DNA from: an uncultured Gammaproteobacteria bacterium
GTDB taxonomy: Bacteria > Patescibacteriota > Microgenomatia > Levybacterales > GWA1-39-11
Direction: 5' to 3'
Assembly: GCA_964485575.1 (NCBI GenBank)
Contig: CAZAJO010000004.1
Coordinates: 25,307-89,306 of the forward strand
DNA length: 64,000 nt
Positions 18,601 to 26,001 of the stretch are shown here, piece by piece (the stretch's first letter is position 1; each line of letters opens with the position of its first letter). Both the position numbers and the translations under genes were made by a program. The notes beneath the pieces are model-generated. The model had not been told where the DNA came from and did no database searches. It saw only the letters and a list, made by a program, of their open reading frames with translations.

Positions 18601-21600
18601 GTCTTTTGGGAGGAGCTGGTACGCCAACATTTGGATCGTGTGGAACTGGGGTTAATTCCAGTCCATTCTATGAAATTGCCGCTCAGGGAATTATCGTCCA
18701 GGGAAATACCTCTGAGGACTTCCTCTTGGGAGCAACTGCAACATCTAGCGCAAAATTTGCCGTTCTTAACATCGCTGGTGGAACACCTACCGCATCGGTC
18801 TCAGCGCAAAATGCTGCCGGGCAGGCACTAGTTCTTGGATCAGATGGTTCAATCCAGTCAACAAGAAATAACAATCTTACAATTGGTGGTAATACAACAG
18901 GAAGCCTTGTACTTCCTGGAACATCCATCCAACTGACAGGAAACAATCCTGTAATTGACCTTACTACAGCCTCAACTCTTTCGCTAAATACTACAAACAA
19001 CCGTCCTATCACAACTGGTACCGGTACTTTTACTGTTGGTTCAGGAGGAACAGGAACGATTGCTATGAATGGAAGTGCTATAACAACGACCACAACATCA
19101 GTGAGTCTATTTGATGCCAATGCGACCACTATAAATTTTGGGAGAGCAGGAACAAATAATATTAACTTAGGAGGTACGTCAGGAGCACTTAATGTAGGAA
19201 ATGGTGGTAGCTATACTATTCAAACTACATCAAATGGACAACTTAATGTATCAGCTGGGTCAGGCCTTTTAACCCTAAATACTCTTTCAAACGGAGCTGT
19301 AACAACCGGAAATGGACTTACAACATTGGGTGGCAACTTGACTGTGAGTGGAACGACTATTTCTCTTGCTGGTACATCTCCTACAATTTCCACGACAGGA
19401 AGCAACAGCCTTACACTAACAGCAGCAGGAGCAGGCAGTCTAACCCTCTCCTCTGATTCAGATAGCTCAATATTTGTAGGCAACGCTACTACTCCAGCTC
19501 CTCTATCGATATCTGGAGGTATTGGCAATAATGCAGCTTTAGTTCTCAATCAACTTAATTCTACAGGTAATATCTTTTCGGCCTCGGCATCTGGAGTTAG
19601 TAAATTCGTTATCAAAAACGATGGCACAGCCTCTTCATCAGCAGGTTTTACGGTTGATGGGATCGGCAATATCCAATCTACCCTCAATCAAACACTTACG
19701 ATCGGTGGGGGCTCAACAGGAAATCTGATATTAGGTAAAGCAGCCCAGACTCTTACCCTTCCAGGGTTTACCACCAATGGTGGACTATTCTATACAAATG
19801 CGTCAGGGGTACTTGCCCAAACAGGTACTGGTGGGGCAACACAATGTCTACTTGGAGGAGCTGGTACTCCAACATTTGGTTCATGTACAGGAGGATCTAA
19901 TACAAGTCCATTCTATGAGTTCCAAGGAGCAATAGTCCCGGGCAACACCACCGAGGACTTTATCTTGGGTGGAACCGCATCAAGCAGCGCTCGATTTATC
20001 GTAAATGGCCTTGCGACCGGAATCTCCCCTACTGCTTCTATATCTGCTACAAACGGTAACGGAATATATCTTTCTGCACAAAACGGGACCATCCAGTCTC
20101 TAAGAAACAACACTCTTTCAATCGGAGGAAACACTACTGGAATAGTTGCAATAAACCCACTGGCTGCAAATTTCACAGGTATTGGGACTTCTAATCCTAT
20201 AGCTTCTCTTGATGTTAGAGGGTCACTTGGAATTATTGGTGGTGGAACTCTTGCTGTTGCTTCAATATCTGGAAGAACTTCATATGCAGCTCTTGCCGTA
20301 GACAATTTAAGTACCGTAGGAGATCTATTTACAGCTTCATCATCCTCAAATATGCAATTTGTCATCAAAAATAATGGATTTGTTGGCCTTGCAACTGCGG
20401 CTCCGACTGCCCGGCTTGATGTCAATGGTTCAGCCTCGATTTCAAGTGCATTAACATTTAGGACGGGGTCCGGAAGTATTCAAACAACTGCCTTAAATTC
20501 TCTTAATATCGGAGGGAGTACAACAGGAAATCTGATATTTAACCCTAACGGAAATAATCTCATCGGTGCTGGTACCTCAAGTCCGCGTGCCTCTTTTGAT
20601 ATCAGAAACGCTTTGGGGGTTGTTGGCGGGGGAACATTTGCTATAGCTTCAGTCTCGGGTAGAACTTCTTTTGCAGCTCTAACAGTAGACAATAGTTTAG
20701 GAGACTTATTCACAGCTTCATCATCAGGCTTAACAAGATTTGCTATTTCGCAAAATGGAAATGTAGGAATTGGAACAGGTACTCCACTTTACGCATTTGA
20801 TGTTAACAAAAAAACAGCAGCCTTCAATTCAGGCCAGGATGGCACGATTTCAAGCTGGACTAACACAACCGATACTGGATTGAGTGGGCAGCTGGAACAA
20901 TTTGGCCTCGTGTTCATAAATGGATACGTCTACCACGTAGGCGGATATGATGCACCCTCAGTACTTGATACAGTAAGATATGCAAGAGTAAAAAATGACG
21001 GAACACTAGATAATTGGGTAACAAGTCCAAATGTTCTTCCAGAGGCAAGACTTTGGCATGGAACTGTGACAGTTAATGGATATATTTACTCAATTGGTGG
21101 TCACTCAAGTGTTGCTTCACCTACAAATCCTGCTGTTTACTACACTAAAGTCAATTCAGATGGAACAATTAGCAGCTGGGGGTCAACAACTCCACTTCCA
21201 TCTCCCAGGATAAGAATTACACATTCTGTTGCAACAGCAAATGGATATATTTATGTTGTTGGAGGAGAAAATAGCTCAGCTCAAACTACTGTATGGTATA
21301 CAAAAGTAAATGCTGACGGCACGTTGGGACCTTGGCTTACAGGTTCCTCATTGCCAGTTGCTACCTCAGACAATGCAGTGGTTGTAGATAATGGATACAT
21401 ATATTCTATGGGAGGGCTAGCACCTGCAGCAACAAATGCAATCTATTATGCAAAAATTAACTATGATGGATCGATAGGACCATGGATTGGAAATCCCAAC
21501 AATCTTGCGTCAGCTGATTCGATGCATAGTGGAATTGTGGTGAATGGTTTTGTATACATTCTTGGGGGGATAAATAATTCTACAACCGTTTATTATGCAA

Positions 21601-24600
21601 AATTCAACGCTAATGGAACTATACCTGCTTTTTCGACAAATCCTGCCTCTCTTCCTGATGGTCATCAAGGAAGCGGTATAACGTATGGTAATGGCTATAT
21701 CTATATTTCCGGAGGATTTGCTACTGACAATGTAGCTTATGGATCAATTGCAAGAGTGTCTCTAGCTGCTAACTTAGACCTGTTAGGGTTGACCTCAACA
21801 AGTATAGCGAGTTCATCTGGGCTTGCTGGTGGAGGTAGTATCTTTGCAGGTAATATATTTGCCAAAAATCTTGAGGTAGGTGGAAGCGGAACCGTTTGGG
21901 GAAATCTTGCAGTATCAGATACCCTTTCGGCCAAAACTCTATCAATTTCTGGTCGGATTACTGGTAAAGCCCTCACTATTATTAACGAAACAGGTAATCA
22001 GGCTATATTTTCTGCATCTGCTTCCGGAGTTACTAAATTTACCATCGGCAATGATGGACAAGTCATGATAGGCAACATTGCTGCTGACCCTTCAACTGCC
22101 TTGGGAGCAGGATCTATATATTACAACACAGTAAGCCAGGCTCTAAAATTCTATAATGGTTCGGCATGGGCCACAATAGGTACGGGGAGCTCATCGTCAG
22201 GTCCATTTGGAGTACTTCAAGGAGCAATCGTTCCGACAAATACGACGTATGACTTTCTCCTTGGAGGAACAGCAACATCCTCTGCTAAATTCGCCGTACT
22301 CAATCTTTCAGGAACAGCAACTACTGTTGCATCGGTATCTGGCAACTTGGTTGTTATGCCTACAAATGGTACAGGAGGACTCTTGTCGATTGGTACGACA
22401 AATCCTTCTTCCAAATTACACATATTTGAATCTGTTAGCGATGTTGCAGTAACTATCGAGACGCAAGGATCAAACAAAAGTGCTAACCTAAATCTGCTTA
22501 GCACCAGTAATACTGCAGGACAAATATCCCATTTTGCTTCAGGAGTACGACAATGGATGATTGGTAACAATGGGGACATCACAGCTGGTGGAATTGGCAT
22601 ATATACTACTTCAAGTAACGCTAACCGGCTTGCCATATCTTCTACAGGCAACGTAGGGATTGGAACGGCGCTCTCTCCAACAGGAGTAAATCCTACGTCC
22701 CCCCTTCAGGTATATGGACTGAGTACTCAACCTATCGCTTCAATATCAGGTAAAACTTCGGGACCAACCCTTCTTCTAACAAATGATGGAAGCGGTGACA
22801 TACTAGCCGCTTCAGTATCCGGAGTTCAGAAGTTCAGGATCAACGCTACTGGCGATCTTATTATTGGAGACGGATCAGGGAAAATATACGGAGGAGGATT
22901 TGACCCTCTCTATACAATCGATGGCAAGAAATTTTCTACATACGCTTCAAGCATCAATGGTATGAAAGAAGAATATATCGGTACTGCAAATCTTGCCTAT
23001 GATCCTGCCGCTGGAGGATATGCTTATACCCTTGATTTCAACAATTTTGAGTATGGTACTGAGTTATGGACTTTCTCTCGGGTAATCGATCCGGATCTTA
23101 CTAAGGTCAATGTACTTCTCACACCCACTTCTCAAGCAAGGACCTGGTTCAGGCGTGACCCGGTCAACAGAAAACTCATACTCTATTCAGACAGACCTAC
23201 GTCAGTCACATACAGGTTCACTGCACCTCGTTTTGATTATGCTTTGTATCCTTCTTCGGATCATTCCCATGATATTACTGGTTTACAAGCACCAGCGGCT
23301 CCAAACACTACCGGGACAGGTGAGGCTGATCCTATGGATTCTTTCTTTGCATCTCTTTCCATACAATTTAACAATGGGATGTTCACGATACTTGATGGAT
23401 TTGGCAACTTAGTTCATAGGGTCGATGGGTTCTCAAACCTCATAGCAGCAAATCTTGAGGCTGGTTTTATCCACGCAAGGAATTTGGCTGCAGATACTTT
23501 TTCAGCAGGAAGTGCATCATTGGGTAATGCAACAGCAAATACTTTTGCAGTAGCTGCGAATACAATCACTATTGGTGGACAAGATATCAGGCAATTTATC
23601 ATAGATACTGTTACTGCAGCAGGATTTGGCCAAAATACAATCATTTCCCCTCTTGCTGAGGTAGAAACAATAAAAACAAATACTATCAGGTCTCTTACTG
23701 AAGGTGGAGATATAAATGTGAAAGGAAAACTCATCACAGAGTCAGACAGATCGGCTACTGATAGTTCAGTAGTCTCACTTGACGTGAGAGGATCAGCAAC
23801 TATTTCAGGCTCACTAGCAACAAATTCTATCCAAACTAACGATGCGACTATAGCTGGAACCCTTCGCGCAGGAAACCTTATTGCTGACAATATCCAAGGG
23901 CTTGAGGATAAGATTTCCTCAGTAGCCTCACAATTCGTCAACAATCATGCAGCAACTCTAGCAGTAGGTACTGTACGGGCTGATTTTGGCATATTTGAAC
24001 AAGGAATAACCTCAATGGGACCAGTGACTGCCAATATCCTTACTGCAACAGATCAATTGGCCGTAGGAAATAACTTTACAATCTCAAACAATGCAATAAA
24101 TACAGTAGGATCTGATCTTGCCATACAGTCTTTGAGACAAGGTGCTATAGCATTTCAGGGTGGGCTTATCCGCATGGATACAGATGGCAATATGACGGTC
24201 AACGGTAATTTCAACCTTCTCGGCGAAATTGATGCGGTATACGGAGTATTTAGTGGTACTCTCACTACCCCAGCCCTTACTACAGATCTCATTTCACCTG
24301 TAGCTGATTCGAATATCTCTCTTTCATTCAAAGATTCTAAATTTAATATTCAGAATTCCAAAACTGCTTCCGGAAGTGCTGTGCTATCCATAGACAATAA
24401 AGGGAACATACAGTCGTCAGGATCTGCAACATTTGCAAAACTCAATTTCAATCTAGTTGGAAAGGCTGAAGCAACAAGTCTTTCAGAAGCGGTAGCTACT
24501 GGAAGCGCAGGTTTTGCTTCACTCAGAGCCGGACAACCAGAACTAACCATAAAGAACAATATCATTACATCAAAATCATTGATCTATATCACACCATTTG

Positions 24601-24737
24601 GAAATACTGACAACAAAGTCCTTTATCTTCTCCGCCAAATACCCGAATCAGAAACCGAGGATGGCTCTTTCACTGTCGGAGTTTCAGGTCCGGTCCCAAC
24701 ACATGATATGCAATTCAACTGGCTGATCGTGAACTAG
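12654..24737 (+). CDS. Giant 4027-aa surface protein: two N-terminal integrase-type SAM-like domains, one TM helix (about 13767..13835), long tandem beta-strand repeat region, Kelch-type beta-propeller, C-terminal region
   Basis: Single uninterrupted ORF. N-terminal KNTIKNYVSDVRHFIAWF and ITVKNYLSDISGFARWY match the phage-integrase N-terminal SAM-like pattern. Hydrophobic helix YAFVHYVHFALLVIFAAGVGVALY. The motif ILAASASGVSKFVIKNDG recurs about a dozen times. Confidence 0.85.
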   Translation: MELLELFKRQLASKSGSSSKNTIKNYVSDVRHFIAWFEAITGSKFDPSSVTTDVILLYQNGLGGLVLNGQLQSGTQLSASSMKRHLSSIRKFFTVLEAENVVRENPFTKIITEESVEPTDYWHLKSFKDYLMLGNASKITVKNYLSDISGFARWYEEAILPTIESPLSSNQGFYLITQSVVEDYRKRLVEIQNAAPRTINRKLSALRRYLEFATRKGFITNQEISVSSVEADIADDVADLPKVALSEMSEKLSPQKRSYSNIPPVRLIQKLLINPYLLLEEGAANAITGFLIGKKVTGIANLPQKLSAQIATKNALRIQNQGISTLLGVRNIEKEFYAPDKVSLSGLPVHQKLIHHVRFTRPNWYKRYHNYAFVHYVHFALLVIFAAGVGVALYQNLVVQKQTPTFAAATAPPRILSFQGRLTDALDNPITSPQPVRFMIYNSLAATGAAELWEETRTISPDQDGIFSVLLGSDSTGANASSCGSFPPGSPYNTACLIPSTVFSDNSQIWLGVTIANSTELAPRQKIATVGYATNSEFLQGLPPTSAVSSFVNAVLALDSTGSFNLNDGIEHTFQVSNGTLTLKAQTLNLTTSLGTNGNIILNPEGLGKVDIQKPIINNSNTGNLVRGGVEINDRFGVLATESAVAAFIVNNNTTGGDIFAASSSGTTKFKIANDGSITSGFYTGQNAVLYGTQTTGLIAQATTASTGLCLQSGASTPTWGTCGSSYWNLTTDNGALTPFSSTLDLLIGGQSTASAKFAFINNASGAPTASISGNLAIAVPTGASGANLFNIFNGGSLNFQTSGGGNAGLTSRLFIANDGRIGIATTSPIAKNALDVRGISGTGSTATISARSSFAALVVNNDGLGDIFAASASGVQNFVVKNNGDIIVGPDGGGKITAAIIDPYLVQNQKTTGITSLTLQTMGGAGADIIFSNQSSDLVHILQNGNVGIGVTNPTTAKLVVGGDIGADVVGRNIGSLSIPFNNLYANNIIATGPVSGFWGQTLGSLYPANPTVDLLIGSSATSTAKFAVLNINTGTPTASVSAQNAGGQALVLASDGSIQTTRRNSLAIGGSSTGSIQFLPNNNSVNLFLTGSNAAIGNQTPQAALDVSSSSLISSVVNKIVFGSIGTAMGSLGYDGSSFNEIRIGATSNVGLELITNDTVRGYFTATGLFGLGTVSPVAQLQVNGTNGSNATVIINQGNNGDILAASASGTTKFVIKNNGIASSSAGFTIDGLGALQSTNFQTLTIGGNSTGNVVVSPNNGSGQIQFTNFTSAGGLLYTGATGILAQTNVGSGTQCLLGGTTPTFGTCGGPFRELTAFGTIVESNTTEDFLLGGVATSSAKFAVLNIAGGTPTASVSAQNAGGQALVLGGDGTIQAVRNNNLTLGGNTTGSLVLAGTSIQLSATNPIIDLTTASTLSINTTTNRPITTGTGLTTLGGNLTVNGATTSLASTAITLTGSSPIIDLTSGTTLSINTTTNRPITTGTGLTTLGGNLTVAGATTTFSNATPVLTSNTDTSLTITPNGTGNLILTSDLDTGVKIGASTNTLAPLSVSGGIGGNALSIFNQINGTDILAASASGVSKFVIKNDGTASSSAGFTVDGIGTIQSTRNQTLTVGGGSTGNLVLGKASQTLTLPGFTTNGGLLYTNASGVLAQTGTGGATQCLLGGAGTPTFGSCGTGVNSSPFYEIPAPIGVIAQANLTEDFLLGGLATSSAKFAVLNIAGGTPTASVSAQNAAGQALVLSGDGTIQSTRNNSLTLGGNTTGSLVLAGTSVQLSATNPIIDLTSSSTLFINTTTNRPITTGTGLTTHNGNLTVAGATITFSNASPIITSNTNTDLTITPNGTGNLILTSDLDTGVKIGSSTNTIAPLSVSGGIGSNALAIFNQINGTDILTASASGVSKFVIKNDGTASSSAGFTIDGIGAIQSTRNQTLTVGGGATGNLVIGRTAQTVTLPGFTTNGGLLYTNASGVLAQTGTGGATQCLLGGAGTPTFGSCGTGVNSSPFYEIAAQGIIVQGNTSEDFLLGATATSSAKFAVLNIAGGTPTASVSAQNAAGQALVLGSDGSIQSTRNNNLTIGGNTTGSLVLPGTSIQLTGNNPVIDLTTASTLSLNTTNNRPITTGTGTFTVGSGGTGTIAMNGSAITTTTTSVSLFDANATTINFGRAGTNNINLGGTSGALNVGNGGSYTIQTTSNGQLNVSAGSGLLTLNTLSNGAVTTGNGLTTLGGNLTVSGTTISLAGTSPTISTTGSNSLTLTAAGAGSLTLSSDSDSSIFVGNATTPAPLSISGGIGNNAALVLNQLNSTGNIFSASASGVSKFVIKNDGTASSSAGFTVDGIGNIQSTLNQTLTIGGGSTGNLILGKAAQTLTLPGFTTNGGLFYTNASGVLAQTGTGGATQCLLGGAGTPTFGSCTGGSNTSPFYEFQGAIVPGNTTEDFILGGTASSSARFIVNGLATGISPTASISATNGNGIYLSAQNGTIQSLRNNTLSIGGNTTGIVAINPLAANFTGIGTSNPIASLDVRGSLGIIGGGTLAVASISGRTSYAALAVDNLSTVGDLFTASSSSNMQFVIKNNGFVGLATAAPTARLDVNGSASISSALTFRTGSGSIQTTALNSLNIGGSTTGNLIFNPNGNNLIGAGTSSPRASFDIRNALGVVGGGTFAIASVSGRTSFAALTVDNSLGDLFTASSSGLTRFAISQNGNVGIGTGTPLYAFDVNKKTAAFNSGQDGTISSWTNTTDTGLSGQLEQFGLVFINGYVYHVGGYDAPSVLDTVRYARVKNDGTLDNWVTSPNVLPEARLWHGTVTVNGYIYSIGGHSSVASPTNPAVYYTKVNSDGTISSWGSTTPLPSPRIRITHSVATANGYIYVVGGENSSAQTTVWYTKVNADGTLGPWLTGSSLPVATSDNAVVVDNGYIYSMGGLAPAATNAIYYAKINYDGSIGPWIGNPNNLASADSMHSGIVVNGFVYILGGINNSTTVYYAKFNANGTIPAFSTNPASLPDGHQGSGITYGNGYIYISGGFATDNVAYGSIARVSLAANLDLLGLTSTSIASSSGLAGGGSIFAGNIFAKNLEVGGSGTVWGNLAVSDTLSAKTLSISGRITGKALTIINETGNQAIFSASASGVTKFTIGNDGQVMIGNIAADPSTALGAGSIYYNTVSQALKFYNGSAWATIGTGSSSSGPFGVLQGAIVPTNTTYDFLLGGTATSSAKFAVLNLSGTATTVASVSGNLVVMPTNGTGGLLSIGTTNPSSKLHIFESVSDVAVTIETQGSNKSANLNLLSTSNTAGQISHFASGVRQWMIGNNGDITAGGIGIYTTSSNANRLAISSTGNVGIGTALSPTGVNPTSPLQVYGLSTQPIASISGKTSGPTLLLTNDGSGDILAASVSGVQKFRINATGDLIIGDGSGKIYGGGFDPLYTIDGKKFSTYASSINGMKEEYIGTANLAYDPAAGGYAYTLDFNNFEYGTELWTFSRVIDPDLTKVNVLLTPTSQARTWFRRDPVNRKLILYSDRPTSVTYRFTAPRFDYALYPSSDHSHDITGLQAPAAPNTTGTGEADPMDSFFASLSIQFNNGMFTILDGFGNLVHRVDGFSNLIAANLEAGFIHARNLAADTFSAGSASLGNATANTFAVAANTITIGGQDIRQFIIDTVTAAGFGQNTIISPLAEVETIKTNTIRSLTEGGDINVKGKLITESDRSATDSSVVSLDVRGSATISGSLATNSIQTNDATIAGTLRAGNLIADNIQGLEDKISSVASQFVNNHAATLAVGTVRADFGIFEQGITSMGPVTANILTATDQLAVGNNFTISNNAINTVGSDLAIQSLRQGAIAFQGGLIRMDTDGNMTVNGNFNLLGEIDAVYGVFSGTLTTPALTTDLISPVADSNISLSFKDSKFNIQNSKTASGSAVLSIDNKGNIQSSGSATFAKLNFNLVGKAEATSLSEAVATGSAGFASLRAGQPELTIKNNIITSKSLIYITPFGNTDNKVLYLLRQIPESETEDGSFTVGVSGPVPTHDMQFNWLIVN
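16600..19950 (+). repeat. Tandem near-identical coding repeats (about 0.96 kb unit, 3-4 copies) inside the giant gene
   Basis: Stretches of over 300 nt recur almost verbatim, e.g. around 17400..17720, 18360..18680 and 19600..19920. The antisense ORFs in the track (16856..17350, 17867..18280, 18683..19129) are their mirror artefacts. Confidence 0.65.
20900..21750 (+). other. Six-bladed Kelch-type beta-propeller domain within the giant protein
   Basis: NGYVYHVGG, NGYIYSIGG, NGYIYVVGG, NGYIYSMGG, NGFVYILGG and NGYIYISGG spaced about 52 aa apart. Confidence 0.6.
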
Positions 24738-24766
24738 TATATGGTATGTAGTATTTTGTATATAGT

Positions 24767-25132
24767 ATGGGAAAAATAAGTACATTTACTGATCTTGAAA
24801 CCTGGAAAGAAGGTCATAAGCTAGTAATCGCTGTTTATAAAATTCTTCCAACCATTCCTCGCTCTTCATATTCGCTTATAGATCAATTATCTAGATGTGT
24901 AGTGTCTATTACTTCAAATATTGCTGAAGGCTTCTCGAGGCAAAGCAAAAAAGAAAAGATTCAGTTTTATCACATAGCAAAAGGCTCCCTTACTGAGCTT
25001 CAAAATCAATTGTTAATATGTCGAGATGTCCGATTTATAACACAAAAAGAATTCCTTCCGTTAGCTGAACAGACTATAGTTGTGGGAAAATTACTTACAG
25101 GACTTATTCGATCAGCGCAATCATATCAATGA
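24767..25132 (+). CDS. Four-helix-bundle protein (23S rRNA intervening-sequence protein family; DGR Avd-like fold)
   Basis: AEGFSRQSKKEKIQFYHIAKGSLTELQNQL matches the TIGR02436-type four-helix-bundle family pattern. Confidence 0.7.
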   Translation: MGKISTFTDLETWKEGHKLVIAVYKILPTIPRSSYSLIDQLSRCVVSITSNIAEGFSRQSKKEKIQFYHIAKGSLTELQNQLLICRDVRFITQKEFLPLAEQTIVVGKLLTGLIRSAQSYQ

Positions 25133-25182
25133 TTTTTGAATATACTATATACGATATTCAATATACCAACTTTGCTTCGCAA

Positions 25183-25221
25183 AGGCTTGACAAGGGTAAA
25201 AAAATGAGCGTAATATAAAGA
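25183..25221 (+). promoter_or_regulatory. Promoter (TTGACA-18-TAATAT) embedded in the shared motif AAGGCTTGACAAGGGTAAAAAAA
   Basis: Seen directly. The same 22-mer recurs in inverted orientation at 33078..33100. Confidence 0.45.
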
Positions 25222-25224
25222 TAT

Positions 25225-25920
25225 ATGGATCCAAATCAACCTGCCCAATCCAGTGAGAATTTACCTCCTAGAAAAGAACCCCATCTGCCTATATCTATGG
25301 CCGAAACCCACCCTGAAATATACAATGAAAACTCAACGACAAATTCAAAAAACACCCTCCTCACCCTCGCCTCACTATTGGTACTTGCCGGCATCGTCGG
25401 CATAACACTATTTTTATACATTCAGAATAAATCAGGAAAAATTGCGCTTAACAATTATGATAAAAATCCAAAAATAACTCCTCAACAACCTCAACCTACT
25501 CTTAGTATAGAGCAAAAAAAGACAAAATACGGAGTTATTTGTAGGAGATTTACGAGCATTGAACAAGCCCTGGCTCAACCAGAGGTTACCTGTACACTTG
25601 ATCTTTCAAATCAAGGATTAACGGAAATTCCAAAAGATATTGCTAAGCTTTCTTATTTACAAACACTTAATTTATCAAATAACAATATAACAAAATTCTC
25701 TGATGTTCTTGTTGATATGGACAATCTTCTCAGCGTTGATCTTAGTAACAATAATATCTCCTCAGCAGGGACTATCAAAAAACCTACTTCAAAAATTCTT
25801 CCTGATGGCCTTACATCTATGCATATTTTTCAAGTAGTTACTCTTACAGGAAACCCAATTTCTGAGGTTGAGAAATCAAAATTTAGATCTTCTATAGCGT
25901 CAAATAAAATTGTCTTCTAG
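25225..25920 (+). CDS. Membrane-anchored leucine-rich-repeat protein
   Basis: TM helix LLTLASLLVLAGIVGITLFLYI, then LxxLxLSNNNIT-type LRRs (LDLSNQGLTEIP, LNLSNNNITKF, VDLSNNNIS). Confidence 0.65.
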   Translation: MDPNQPAQSSENLPPRKEPHLPISMAETHPEIYNENSTTNSKNTLLTLASLLVLAGIVGITLFLYIQNKSGKIALNNYDKNPKITPQQPQPTLSIEQKKTKYGVICRRFTSIEQALAQPEVTCTLDLSNQGLTEIPKDIAKLSYLQTLNLSNNNITKFSDVLVDMDNLLSVDLSNNNISSAGTIKKPTSKILPDGLTSMHIFQVVTLTGNPISEVEKSKFRSSIASNKIVF

Positions 25921-26001
25921 GTTTATAACTTTTATAAATATTTGTCCCAATTTTTAAAATTCATTTAATTTAGAACAAACAATTATTTTACTTTCCTGAA
26001 G

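Noticed and set aside
16856-19129. Minus-strand ORFs of 137-164 aa in the track inside the giant gene
   Set aside because: They are antisense to a single 12-kb ORF and recur once per tandem repeat. They are compositional mirror artefacts.
16600-19950. Regularly spaced near-identical repeats that might be mistaken for a CRISPR array or for DGR template/variable repeats
   Set aside because: They are in-frame coding tandem duplications of about 960 nt inside one ORF. No short spacer/repeat periodicity, no cas genes, no reverse transcriptase.
24767-25132. Calling a full diversity-generating retroelement on the basis of the Avd-like ORF
   Set aside because: No reverse transcriptase ORF and no TR/VR repeat pair are detectable within the window. 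Only the accessory-fold ORF is present.
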